Shown here: piece by piece, positions 19,317 to 31,044 of the stretch
Position numbering within the stretch: position 1 is the stretch's first letter
How the letters are laid out: every line of letters starts with the position of its first letter
Translations under genes and position numbers: made by a program
Notes under the pieces: generated by a model
Seen by the model: the letters and a program-made list of their open reading frames with translations, nothing else
Told to the model about the DNA's origin: nothing
Database searches by the model: none
NCBI RefSeq assembly: GCF_000400465.1
Contig: NW_008806301.1
Location: 30,001 to 62,000 of the forward strand
Source: Wallemia ichthyophaga EXF-994
Lineage: Eukaryota; Fungi; Basidiomycota
Length of the DNA stretch: 32,000 bases
Direction: 5' to 3'

Positions 19317-21209
19317 TTATGCGAGCGAGGGAATTGTGATGTGATATGACCACCTGTCTTCCATGTGACCCTGTAGAGTGTCTTCCAGCAAAATGTTTTG
19401 TCTTGACTTGACGTAATTAGTAGCATTTTGCATCTGCGAGCGTAATTCAGGTATTGTCTCGACGTCCAGTGGCTTTTCTAGTAGTTCTGAGAGGTTCTCT
19501 ACAGCCTTCTCGAGATCTGCTTGATTGTCCTCGAACAGTTCCGTCATCGAGTTACGGTCCAAGTAGTAAGCCATTGCGTATGTCCACTTGAGAGTCATGC
19601 GACACTTGGTCACTGTCTCAACTGCCTTTTTAACAAATTGTACTTCAATCCAGGTCAATGATGTTGATCTTTGCATTTCATCCATCTTGCGCTCGGTCTT
19701 TGCGTAAAGCTCTTGGTCTAAACGGGCTGATTGCTCGTGGTTGGAAAAACGATTGTAGTACTGTTTAAATTGATTAGTTATTTATGACGTCAATAAAAAT
19801 AAACTCACATGAAGATATCTCTCCAAAGACACTCTGCTCTTCTGCTGACCGTCACGTGCATCTTTGCCAGACTTATCCTCAAATCGGTTGCAGTTATAGT
19901 AGCTGGTGCCATGCGCGCTCCAGTCACCCATGCATATCCAGCACCATTCATGACGACACTTGCGACAAGTCATATGATTACAGCCACCGTTCTTTTCAAT
20001 CGTGGAGTGACACTATGGGGTACTCTATTAGTAAACGAATGGGATATCAACAACAACCCACCCTTGGGCACTCCTTTGTGTTGGCGCTGATCCAATTGGC
20101 AGTTTCACTGTCATCTTCACACTTTTTCACCCACAACTTGGTGACGCCACATAAAGCTGGTCTATGATCACCGCTGAAGCTACAGCCAAAGCAGCTCGCC
20201 TGGCCGCATTTGCATACTACTATCGGAATAAGCGATTCAAGATCAGAGCCTCTGACTTGACACTCGATGACATTTCCGCAATCAGGTCCCGGACAGAAAC
20301 GCAAACCCCTCCTGTTATCCTCAACGTATGTTTTATTTGCGAGGGTCTGATATCTTTGGAAGATATATTCTGGGACAACTTGGCTGATTACCTGCTCGCT
20401 CATGACAGTCTGGATATTGTGAGCCGTGTCGGTTAAGGAACAATATGAGTGCGCACCTGACAGTCACCCTGCATACATTCTATTTTGCGGCTTTCACCCT
20501 GACCGCTAATCTTCTCTTCACAATGCATCTTCCAGCAGTCAGAGCAGAATCTGTGACCGCATGCGAGAGCGAGTGTCTGGTAGCGAATTAGAAGACACAA
20601 CAAGTGAACAGACAACGCACCTGAGTCGAGGTATCTTCGGAACCAGTAAAGCAGATTTCGCAAGTGAAACCCTTGACTCTCTTCAAACGCACTGGGCTAT
20701 TGGCACGAGAGTCGGACTGGGCAGAGGCCGAAGTACCCGGAGCAAGACCAACTTGCTTGAGAATGCGTTCTGGGTCCTCGCTGTAGCGTTCAATGAGTTT
20801 CTCCCTATTCCAACCAAAGTGTCGCAAGAGGATAGTGGCATCCTGTCGCTGTTAAGGCGATTAGCTGTAAATAATAAGCCATAAAGGAGCTTACCTGTAA
20901 GCCAAAGATGCTACAGACTTGCTCAGTTTCTGACTGCTGATTTGAGATAATGTCATTGATGTCGTATACCTTGTAATCAACATCGAATTTGGATTTCTTC
21001 GGCTTTACTGGCTCGTTAACGATGAAAGCTTCGTTGTCCTCGATCTCAACGTCGTCGTCTGAGAAAGCCTCTGAGGGGTTGCTGGATTGATAGTCTGGGA
21101 TGTTTGAGTGGGGATGGAACGTGGGTCAAAGCGGTGAAATCTCACCTTCGACGATATCAGAGCCTTCGAATGATGCTGCGTCCATGTAGTTATCGCTGTC
21201 GTCGCTCAT
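19317..21209 (-). CDS. ARI1: Ariadne-family RBR E3 ubiquitin ligase (ARIH1/Hel1-like), multi-exon
   Basis: Acidic N-terminus, RING1 (CEICF...ACGHRFCSDCW...CMQGDC), IBR (FCPGPDC...CKCGQASCFGC...DHRPALC), RING2 ([33 protein letters not shown]) and Ariadne domain (TLKWTYAMAYYL). Several short introns. Confidence 0.93.
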
Positions 21210-21844
21210 CTCTCGGTTGTTTTGGTTGCTGCGATGGTGAATGTGGAAGAGATAGCGCGGGATGGGCGGATACGAGCACAAAGGCGGAAATTTTACGGCG
21301 TAGATGGTACAAAGAGTGGCGTATATCTAATAAACATCTGTATTCATTCATTTCACATCGCTCGACAAATACGCCGTACCTTGACATCTCACAGAAGCAG
21401 TACGAGGTGAAAGCGGGCTAGAAACTTGGAAATCTCATTAAGACAAAAGTATTGCTGCCGCGCACAACACAACCACCAAAGGATCTCTCATCTGGCCATG
21501 TACTTGGAACCGGCGCCGAATCGCCACCAAAATTACTTGAGTTATTTCATTCACGGCGATTAGCGGCAGATACGGATACAGGCGATTCCCTCATGTCCCC
21601 GCAGTATCTCTCTCGAAAGTTCGAGCCGAAATCTTGCCTGCCTGCTTACTGATCTGCTTGCTTACAAACCCGAGGCTTTTACCGAAATATTCTCCTCAGC
21701 AACCTTTTCTCTCTCCAACACACATCAACTGAGTGAGTCTACATCTTCAAAGCTGCTGTGTAGACGAAGACGAATGTTACATCTTTGGCTTAGCAGCTGT
21801 CTCTTCATTCAACTCAACTAACCAACCAATTCAGACTACAGAAT

Positions 21845-23276
21845 ATGTCCGACAGAATTAGCAACGAACACGTCGACGTTAGCAAATCACTTGCCCAGAA
21901 GATCACTCTGCCTAATGGCGTGGTGATTCCAAACCGTTTCATAAAGTCTCCAATGACAGAAAGACTGTCTACGTACAACCAGAATCCAGATCCTAAACTC
22001 AGGGGTATTCCAACCCAAGCCCTCATCGACCTCTACAAGGAGTGGGGTCAGGGCGAAATCGGGTTGATCATCGCAGGCAACACACCAGTAGCCGGTGATC
22101 ACCTTGAGGCACCAGCAAACCCTGTCCTTGGTATTGGCTATGACGAGCCAGCGCGTCTTCGAAAGTTCAGAGAACTTGTCGCTGCTTCCAGTGCCGGTGG
22201 ATCAGGTGCGATGTTGTTAAACTATGGAAATCCTTCTAACATGCTCTACAGTGACTATCTGCCAAATCACCCACTCAGGCAGACAATGTTATGAGCAGGT
22301 AAACCCTCATCCTATTGCGCCTTCAGCTGTTCGTGTCGAAGGTGTCAACATGCCAGGTGTAACTTTTGGCCAACCTAGAGCAGCTACTATTGAGGATATC
22401 AAGAACATCGTCAAGCAATTCGCTTACACCGCCAAGCTCTGCAAGGATGTAGGATACCACGGCGTTCAGCTCCACGGTGCTCACGGCTACTTGTTGTCTG
22501 CTTTCCTCGGCAAGCACACGAACCGTCGTACAGACGACTATGGTGGATCTTTGGAGAACCGCGCACGTATCATATTCGAGATTATCGACGCGATCAGAGA
22601 GCAAGTCAAGGATCCTTCATTCATCCTTTCTATCAAGCTCAACTCGCAAGACTTCAACTCAGACAGTGGTCTGACACCTGAAGAGTCACAGAAGGTCTGT
22701 CAATGGCTAGATGAGAAGGGCATCGATCTCATCGAGTTGTCGGGTGGTTCATATGAACGTTCGGCTTTCTCTAACTCAGCACCAAACCCTCGCGAGGCTT
22801 ACTTCATCGAGTACTCCGAGAACGTTCGCAAGGTTATCAAGAATGCAGTGGTAGGTGTCACTGGTGGTTTCCGCACTGCAAAGGCTATGTCTCAAGCTGT
22901 TGAATCTGGCGCTACTCAGATGGTTGGTTTGGCTAGACCACTCTGTGGAGAGCCACACCTCTGCAAGGATATCCTTTCAGGCAAGGTTTCAAGTGCAAAG
23001 AAGACGCTCGTCAACCCTCTCTTCTCACTTCCCCTTGCAGGCACTCAGCTCACTGCGGTTGGTTACAACGACAAGCCATGGGACGCATCAAATGAAGAAA
23101 GCGCTAAAGCTTTTGAGGCCATTTTCGCCGACTACGCTAAGGACTTTGGCGTTGACGAGAAAGGCAACCCTATCAGACCTGACAAGGCTGGTGTTGCAGG
23201 TTTCATGAAACTTGCCTTGGACAAGCATGGTAAACACTATGGTGTATCCCAACAAGAGCTTATCGCATCAGCTTAA
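21845..23276 (+). CDS. NADH:flavin oxidoreductase / old yellow enzyme family
   Basis: LPNGVVIPNRFIKSPMTE, QITHSGRQ, HGAHGYLL, TDDYGGSLENRAR, IELSGGSYE. Intron 22206-22251. A probable 5'-UTR intron lies at 21733-21796. Confidence 0.93.
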
Positions 23277-23409
23277 AATCCACTCATAGAAATTCACATT
23301 GTAATAATGACAACTCATTTATGCCACTCCGCCTTCTTTAGGTATAGAAAATATTGAAACTCTAATCATGTATACACAGAAACCGCTAAGATGGACTTCC
23401 AGTAATCAA

Positions 23410-24651
23410 TTATAGCAGAAGGTTTCCAATCACTGCTGTCAACAAAGCAGTAAACAGACTACTGAAAAAGTTGACTTGGGTATTAGAGAAGAGATTGAAG
23501 CCAGAGATCAGCTTAACTTCAGCCGTTTCCTTTGACTTGCTTCTCCGCGCCTCATCGTACATCCTCGCGAATGCAGGATCAGAGCCATCAGTCAAAATTT
23601 TGCCTCTCTCTTTATGCAGCAGGGTGCGTTGGAGGGTAGCACCTATCAGAGAATCAAGCAGGCTTCCAAAGAGGCCAGAAAAGACAGAAAGCAGGAGCAG
23701 TTTGGCAGAAGTGAAGGATATGAGTGCCTGACCGAAAGAGAAATTTTGACCAAAGCACGATGAGTCTTCGATGGCCAGAGATATAACAGCTGTGAGACCA
23801 ATTAGCAGTCCACCAGCACCTGAAACTACAACTCCGAATGCTGAATCGAATGAGTTATTATCACATTGTAGCAATGCACACTCACAGCTAACACCGCCGT
23901 TCGTGCCTGGAGGTACTGTCTTGCTCGGATTGGTGACTAGTCGTGGGAAGTTGCCTGAAAGTATGCCGAGCTGAGAGTGTGTTAGACGACTGACAATGCA
24001 AACCACGATACGCACCTCAGAAGCGAGCGTATCAGCACTACAGCACGCGTAATGTCCAAGAGCCATCAACAGCAGCGTTTGAGAAGATATGTAGACTGAG
24101 CTGTGCAGTATACATTCAGAAGTATCTGTGATATCAGCAGGGGTGATGATGACGTGTTGCACTCTGTAGATGATAGCGCAGATAGCGCCAGTGTAGGAGT
24201 TTGCCAGCACCTGGAGCCAGTTTCTCACTCCACCTGGCTTTTCACTGTCATGGCCATCCTCGAGCTGAGCCTTGACGTAGTGTTTAACCTTGTTTGAGTT
24301 GAGTTGGGTGCTGCTTTCAAGGAAAATGCACAGACGCACCTTTGTAGCTTTGGATCCGGAGAGGTAGAACACGATGAGCATTACTCCGAATGAGCAAATG
24401 GTGCTCGACAAAGACGCGTATCCTACGATGAATGCTGAAATTGCACCAGAGAGAGAGAGAGAGCGCTTCTTCAAACCAGAGTAGGCGAGATATGAGGCTA
24501 CTAATATTGCTATCAGATCCCTCCGCGGCTGTATTTGCGGATGCGAGAGACGTGTGCTTTCATTCTGGCTCGCAGAGAAGAAGGCAATGACGGGAGCGAG
24601 GTGGGAGGCGTGGAAGTGCGCTGAAGCCTGTAAGAATTGATTGACGGGCAT
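23410..24651 (-). CDS. TMEM19 / DUF92 integral membrane protein
   Basis: RSLSLSGA, GVRNWLQVLANS, ADTLASELGIL, VPPGTNGGVS, GLFGSLLDSLIGATLQ, NTQVNFFS. Introns 24289-24339, 23971-24015, 23841-23885. Start codon uncertain (24651 is the first in-frame ATG). Confidence 0.85.
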   Translation of the reverse strand: MPVNQFLQASAHFHASHLAPVIAFFSASQNESTRLSHPQIQPRRDLIAILVASYLAYSGLKKRSLSLSGAISAFIVGYASLSSTICSFGVMLIVFYLSGSKATKVRLCIFLESSTQLNSNKVKHYVKAQLEDGHDSEKPGGVRNWLQVLANSYTGAICAIIYRVQHVIITPADITDTSECILHSSVYISSQTLLLMALGHYACCSADTLASEVRIVVCIVSRLTHSQLGILSGNFPRLVTNPSKTVPPGTNGGVSCECALLQCDNNSFDSAFGVVVSGAGGLLIGLTAVISLAIEDSSCFGQNFSFGQALISFTSAKLLLLSVFSGLFGSLLDSLIGATLQRTLLHKERGKILTDGSDPAFARMYDEARRSKSKETAEVKLISGFNLFSNTQVNFFSSLFTALLTAVIGNLLL

Positions 24652-24835
24652 CTGCGTACACACCCTCCACGCTGCACAATAACAATGCGGTTACTGTCAA
24701 TGACGCTATCATTTGATGACTGTCGAGGACAAGGAAGCGTCATAAGCGGGGCTTTTGAATCTTGAAGATGATTGGCTACTGTATAATAACCGTATCGCGC
24801 TCGCTGGGAATTCTGTATATCTCAACTCAGGGCTC

Positions 24836-24862
24836 GACGCTTAAGACGCTTAGGACGCTTGG
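24836..24862. repeat. 9-bp tandem repeat GACGCTT(AA/AG/GG) x3
   Basis: Three adjacent units in the divergent TMEM19/VTT intergenic region. Confidence 0.85.
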
Positions 24863-25347
24863 AGTAAGAAGCGTGGTGTGAATTTAAGTATAACAGCACA
24901 CATACGCTATTAATTACTCATATCACAGCATTTCTCGCACAATTTCCCTCACACGCCACACCACCCAGACACACCACACAGCACCCGAAAAACGCCGGAA
25001 TAAAACGAAAGGCATCACACGCGCCACAGAAGAGGCTTCAAGCGTAAATAGATGCTGCGGGAGCTATAAGAATATTGGGGTCCGAACACGGGCAGTACAG
25101 TACCTCGCTCGGTTACATAATCTAGCAACTTTTCCGCCCACCGAATCTGACACGAGTGTGGCTCAGGAGAATTTTACAGAAGCTGCATGTAGGCGGTAGG
25201 TTGTGTGCATATTCATACCAAAACCCACCTGATTTGCAGACCAAGAATCTTCAAATATCACCCAAGCTCAGCCCGACCAGCGGGAAATATACGGTATCAC
25301 GGCTTATTCAAATACAACCAAGGGAAAAATATTTAAATGCATCATAG

Positions 25348-26748
25348 ATGTATATAAACCTACCAGATATACAAAACGAGCAAACAACGACTATACACTC
25401 AAATTACGCCCCTCAGAGGCCCAAGCTATCTTCAACGCGCTCGAGAGGCCGTTCCATCACCCAAATTCCTACAAGCAGTACTCCAGATGCTGATGTGCAG
25501 TTTAGCTTGCAGCAGCAGCCACTCTTAGCTGCCGCAGACAATGAGTCCTCCGCGGAGGGCAGTCAGAGTGGTCGACCAAGGGCCAACTCCACTCAGAGTA
25601 AGCTCAACCAAACAAAATTTAGTGCCAGAAATAGAAGCCATTCACTCGAACTATCACCACCGCTAGAAGCACCGATTATCAGCGTGAAAACTTCCAAGGT
25701 TAGACCTTCAATCAACATTGAGAATATACCTCTGTCTCCAATCCACTCGCCATTGAACTCACCATCTTCTCCACAGATACCAGACCCTTATCCAATCAGA
25801 CCAAAATTAAAGGATAGTTTGCCTGCTCTGGCCAAGTTGGCTGCTATCTTCGTCCTTAGCACTGCTTTTATGTTTATGGCACTGAGCTCAGTTAAGCAGC
25901 TACACGTGCCTCAGAAGCTCACCGACGTAAGAAAGTTGGCTTTTGATTTGAGAGCGTACATGACGCTATCGTCACTCAACTCGCTCCACGTCCTCGGCGT
26001 AATTGGCTTGATGTATGTTTGGAAACAAACATGGTCAATCCCTGGATCTGCAATCGTCAATGTTATTCTTGGGGCACTCCTACCAACTTGGATTGCTACC
26101 GCCTACGCTTGTTTGCTCACCGCCTTTGGCGGCTTCTTGAGTTCGTTCACAGCGCTCCCAGTCGCACCACACATCCACTACCATTTCCCAAACGCTATCA
26201 ATAACCTTCGCTCAATCAACAAAGACCCATTCAGACTTTTTGAGAGGTTACTGATTGCAAGATTAATTCCGGTGATCCCATACGCTGTTCTCAATTTGGC
26301 AGGTGGCGTGGTAGGCGTATCCTATGTGCCATTTGTCGTTAGCTTGTGAGTGGATATATTGTCAAGCGGGAATTAAACTAATAATATGACTAGGTTCCTT
26401 GGTAGTATCCCTATGAACGGCGTAGCGTGTGCAGTTGGTGATGTCTTAGTCAGTCTAGCGTACGTCGACGAAGGTGAAAGTCTCAGTCACAGAATGTTTA
26501 GCAAAGAAATGATCATCAAGTTTGCATTTTTATCAGTGTTAGGATTACTTCCTGTGCTTTTGAAGCATATATTTGCGCCTATGGCCACAACAGCGACAGG
26601 AACAACAACTGCAACGACGCCAAAGCCAACATCATCGATACACTGGTCGATTAAGAAGCGTCTCAACAAGGTATATAGCCACCTCTTGCCAGCTTCATTG
26701 ATAAATACAGATGCTAGCACAAAGAACACTGACTGTACAATATCTTAG
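25348..26748 (+). CDS. VTT/DedA (SNARE-associated Golgi, TMEM41/Tvp38-like) membrane protein
   Basis: Disordered S/P-rich N-terminus, then KQTWSIPGSAIVNVILGAL and ARLIPVIPYAVLNLAGG. Intron 26346-26393 joins to FLGSIPMN. Confidence 0.85.
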
Positions 26749-26891
26749 AAACGGATCAATAGCTTTTCACTCTGTCATATGTTTGAACAATTGTAATGAT
26801 TATTTAATTTGTTTTATAAATGCTCCCCAGCCTTCAATTTAAGTGATTTTGCATGTTGAAGTTGATCAATCATCTACTCAGATATTTCACA

Positions 26892-28015
26892 ATGGCTGAG
26901 GCATCCAAAAAGGTAAAGCTAGATGGACAGTCTAGCAAGGTACGCTTAGGCTGTTTTTATGGATCATAGCTGACGTCGCTGCGTAGACGATTGGTACACA
27001 CAACGGCGTTTTTCACGCAGACGAGGCATTGGCTGTGTTCTTATTGAGATTGTTACCAGAGTACAAAGCATCTCGTAGGTTCTGTCGCAAGCTTTTATAC
27101 CAATTGACCACAAACGCAGCTGTTACGAGAACGAGAGATATCAACATTTTAAACCAAATGGATATCGTTGTTGATGTCGGTGACGTTTACGACCATGATA
27201 AGAAACGCTACGATCATCATTACAGAGGTTTCAATGAGGTGTTTGGTCATAACCACAACACAAAGCTCAGCTCGGCTGGTTTGATCTATAAGCACTACGG
27301 TAAGAAGATTATCAGTGGTCATCTGGGTTGGAATGAGGACGAGGAGCGTACACTGCAGATCTGGCTGAAGGTTTACAGAGAATTCATAGAAGCTTTGGAT
27401 GCTATTGATAATGGCGTCAGTCTCTATCCTACTGTAGAAAACCTTCCTGAGGCTGCATACCGCAACAGGACTGATCTAAGCAGTCGCGTTGGCAAGCTCA
27501 ACAGCAATTGGAATGAAGAATTTACCGAGCAGTCTCAGATGGTTAGATTCGAAGAGGCTTCCAAATTGACAGGAAAAGAGTTCCTTGAAAGCGTTGACCA
27601 GTACGCAAAGGTGTGGTTACCTGCACGTGATATTGTCGTGGATGCTTTGAGCAAGCGTAACCAAGTTGATGATTCTGGCAAGATAATCCTTTTCGAGACA
27701 TTTTGTCCATGGATAGACCACTATTTTGAACTCGAACATCTCGATCAATTCCAAATAAAGCAAGGTGAAGAGCCACTCTACGCTCTCTTACCTGATGGCA
27801 GCAAAGGTTGGAGGGTACGTGGAATTCCACCAAACAGCACTACATTTGCTCTTCGCAAACCGCTCCCAGAACCTTGGAGAGGTCTGAGAGATGAAAAATT
27901 GGCGGAGGTTAGCGGAGTTCCTGGTACTATCTTTTGTCATGCAAGTGGATTCATTGGTGGTAATGACACATTCGAAGGTGCGCTCGAGATGGCGAGAAAG
28001 GCAGTCCAATTTTAG
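26892..28015 (+). CDS. MYG1: MYG1 (UPF0160) exonuclease
   Basis: TIGTHNGVFHADEALA, VVDVGDVYD...YDHH, KLSSAGLIYKHYG, DAIDNGV, FCHASGFIGGN. Introns 26940-26986 and 27075-27119. Confidence 0.93.
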
Positions 28016-28043
28016 GGCCATCATATGTACATAAATAAGTTAT

Positions 28044-29482
28044 CTAATAGTTGAAATTAGCTGCTACTTCATTCAATGCATCTTCGTCAGAATCTAGAAG
28101 ATCTATTTCTTCTTCTGGTTGGGATGGTTCTGAGGGTTCATTTGGTTGATGAAGCTGATGAATATGATGCTGCGACACTGCTTGCTCCTTCTTCTCTTGC
28201 TGTTGTTTCTGTTGCTTCTTCTGCTCATCACTCACATTATCTTGCTTTGAATGATCAAAATTAGCAGCAACTTGGTCCAACGCATCTTCATCAGAGTCGA
28301 GTAAATCAATCTCCTCCCCATCTCGTTGCTGTAATGCTTGATTTTCTGAAACACCCGAGCCCGCATCCGCACCGGTCTGCTGAATACTTTGCGACTGGTT
28401 CTTGTTCTTATTCTCAACACCTGTATCAGCATTCTTACCAGACAGTTGTTGCCCTTTTACTCCAACTTTCAATGAATAGTTGAATGCTTCTTGCATACGA
28501 CGCACTTTGACGTCGCCGAAACCAGGACATTTCGTCAGCTCATCGGGAGAAGCTTTTACAATATTTTTGAAGCTCTGTTGGGAATGTGAGTATGGTAGTG
28601 AGTTTGATGCAACACTTACACCAAATCTCGTTAATAGCTGATAGACGTCTGTCTTGTTAACACCTTTAATCGTCGTGAGGGCGTTATTGACGATACTCTG
28701 GTAATCTGTCGGCGTCTTCTCCTTTAGACTGTCTGGAGGTTTATTGTCGAGCTGGAGGTAGAGACTGAGATAATGACCTGCTTGTTGTGGACTTATGTGA
28801 GTGTTAGTTGTGTATGTTCAGCAGACACTGCACGAAACAGGACTTACGACCAAGCTATAACCACAGTCATGTTGTTAATTAGGCATGTCTGTTAAGAACA
28901 CTGATTTAAGTGAATTCCATAAAGCACTCCATCGCAACTAACCTTTGTTACTTCTTTTATTGAGCCTTCAGAGTCTGCCTGGATTGATTTTGAGTACATC
29001 CTTATACGAAATCATAGACACTCACGACATCGCACATGAGGAGTAGTATACGAAGCTGATACATCGCGCCCAGACGCTCTATCCGCATGTGTATGTATTC
29101 TGGATGCAAGCGATGATATCGTAGACTTGTATGGGAAGTCAATACGCCTTTTACCAGTCGAAATAAGCCCACCTCAAGAACATAATACCTGTACTAGATC
29201 CAGCGACGTAATCTGGTACTATATCTGCATACTCCCAGTTGACATTTCTAACTTCTTTAAGAATGGGATTACCACGCTGCAATAGTCATCAGGCTGGGCT
29301 TCTCCTTCCCTCCACTGCAATCTCACCTGGCACGAATTCACCAGCACTGCATTCCTACTATTGGGTATTGCACGTTTAGGCGATTGATTTGTACTTTTCT
29401 GTGGCTGTGTCTGTGCTTGTCGAGATTGGCTACTCTGCGCTGCGCTCTGCTCCTGCTGAGCTCCGCTTCCGCTCAAGCTCAT
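28044..29482 (-). CDS. RAD10: ERCC1/Rad10/Swi10 excision-repair endonuclease partner subunit with a long acidic C-terminal extension
   Basis: Spliced [23 protein letters not shown]...[16 protein letters not shown]...LRILLL, and HhH2 region KGVNKTDV...[22 protein letters not shown] at 29482. Confidence 0.92.
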
Positions 29483-29532
29483 TTTGGCGTGATGTGAGTG
29501 CGTTATCAAGCCCCACTTAATATCAAATAGTC

Positions 29533-31044
29533 ATGTTCAAATTGCTGACAACGCTTAAATACACTCCAAGTGAAAGTGAGCGTGTGGCGGATGGCGTGTA
29601 CTTATGGGAAAGCCATATGCATCGCTTGCGTGAAGGTGTTGATGCGTTGAGCCCATTCTCTGCCTCGGATTTGAGAGAAAGCGACGTAACTAATGAATTG
29701 GCCCATTCAATTGGTCTTGCAAATGGTCTTAATCAATCTCATAGAGTTGGTTTTGCGTTTTGATTGATTAGCCAGCTAAAGTTTCCCCATAGGTCTCTGT
29801 AACTCTCGATCCAAGCACACTGGAAGTTTCAGCAACAGCAACAGAGCTCAAAAGTATGCCTGATTGTATGTAACCGCTGTGGTCGCTTTTATAACCTAAT
29901 AAGCTGCTTAGATCCTGTGAATGTCGTGATAGACAAAGAACCCACGAGGTCATATTCCAAGGTGCTGCCATACAAGAGTAACAATAGGCGCATTTATTTG
30001 CAATCAAAGCTAAGGAATGGTTCGTACTACGTAAATACATTTTCATCTCACAGAAAATCGCAGGTGTTTCATACTCGACAGTTCGAGATAGCACGTTTGA
30101 CGTTCTAATGCACAACAAAAATGGATACGTTACTGAGACGACCATTGCAAATATCTTCTACAAGTTCAACAATGACGACACATGGTACACTCCTCCAGTG
30201 GAAGATGGTTTGCTGCCAGGATTAATGAGGAGTCATCTCCTTGATATTGACTTCTGCTCAGAACGTTCGTTGTACATATCTGAGCTCACTGTGGGTGTCT
30301 AACTCGCTTATCAAAGTCTAATTCGCTTATCAATCTCAACTGGTCTGTTTGAAGAGGAATCACATAAAATTAAAAGCTGCAAACGCTTTAAGAGGATTGT
30401 TCGATATACAAATTACAGATAACCAAGGTTCACTTATTCCTTGTACCCCAACGCCTATGATGGAAGCACCAGCGAACTTACCCAAGTTGATAGTATTTGA
30501 TTTAGATTACACTTTATGGGATCTATGGATAGATACTCACATTTCTGGTGGGTTAGTCTACAACCTTCGGATAACACCTAACAATGCTTCAGGACCGATA
30601 AAACCATCATCAAATTACAACGAGGTAATTCCAAGACGAGGATCGCCCTTTGGATTCTACAGAGATGTCCCAGAAATGCTACAGCGCTTGAAGAGTGAAG
30701 GAATTGAAATTGCAGCAGCGAGTAGAACAGCAGCACCGGATTATGCTTACGATGCACTTAAGCATCTCAAACTAAAGAATAGGAGTGGTGGTGATAATAT
30801 CAGCGCAAAGTCTCTGTTCGATTACACTGAGGTATACCCCGGCTCCAAGGTGAAGCATTTCCAGAAGCTTGCAAAGAAATCTGGCTTTGCGTATGAGGAC
30901 ATGCTATTTTTTGATGATGAGTCTAGGAACAAGGAGGTTGAGTCGCTTGGTGTAACATTTCAGCTGGTTGGCGTTAGTGGCACGGATGAAAACACTTTGC
31001 AGAAAGGAGTCAAAGCCTGGAGACAGCGTCGTGGGATTAGCTGA
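29533..31044 (+). CDS. In-frame fusion: PLP-dependent class IV aminotransferase (ABZ2/PabC-like aminodeoxychorismate lyase) + MDP-1 HAD phosphatase, about 421 aa
   Basis: Exons 29533-29745, 29793-29865, 29912-30019, 30064-30290, 30355-30547, 30593-31044. Lyase motifs HMHRL, PYKSNNRRIY, VTETTIAN, WYTP..GLLPGLMR, NALRG. MDP-1 motifs IVFDLDYTLW, ASRT, PGSKVKHF, FFDDE. Domain calls are confident; translation as one protein is less so. Confidence 0.7.
30298..30333 (+). repeat. 17-bp direct duplication (period 19) inside intron 4 of the lyase-phosphatase locus
   Basis: TCTAACTCGCTTATCAA at 30298-30314 and TCTAATTCGCTTATCAA at 30317-30333. Confidence 0.9.

Noticed and set aside
21733-21796. TPP riboswitch in the putative 5'-UTR intron of the oxidoreductase
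   Set aside because: None of the conserved TPP aptamer segments (CUGAGA, AUACCCG-like, GAUAAU-like) are present.
24655-24810. - strand frame ending RIVIVQRGGC, resembling a protease-associated (PA) domain upstream of TMEM19
   Set aside because: No splice option yields the expected F..K...AQ..GA continuation, and no start exon was found. Left as an unresolved 5' end of TMEM19.
8628-24862. Short tandem arrays as CRISPR-like or telomeric repeats
   Set aside because: No spacers, eukaryotic context, units do not match TTAGGG-type repeats, and the arrays are internal and short.
23410-26748. TMEM19 + VTT/DedA (plus Rce1 and the PX protein) as a lipid-handling gene cluster
   Set aside because: All are widespread housekeeping families. 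Adjacency in a gene-dense genome is not evidence without conserved synteny, which cannot be seen here.
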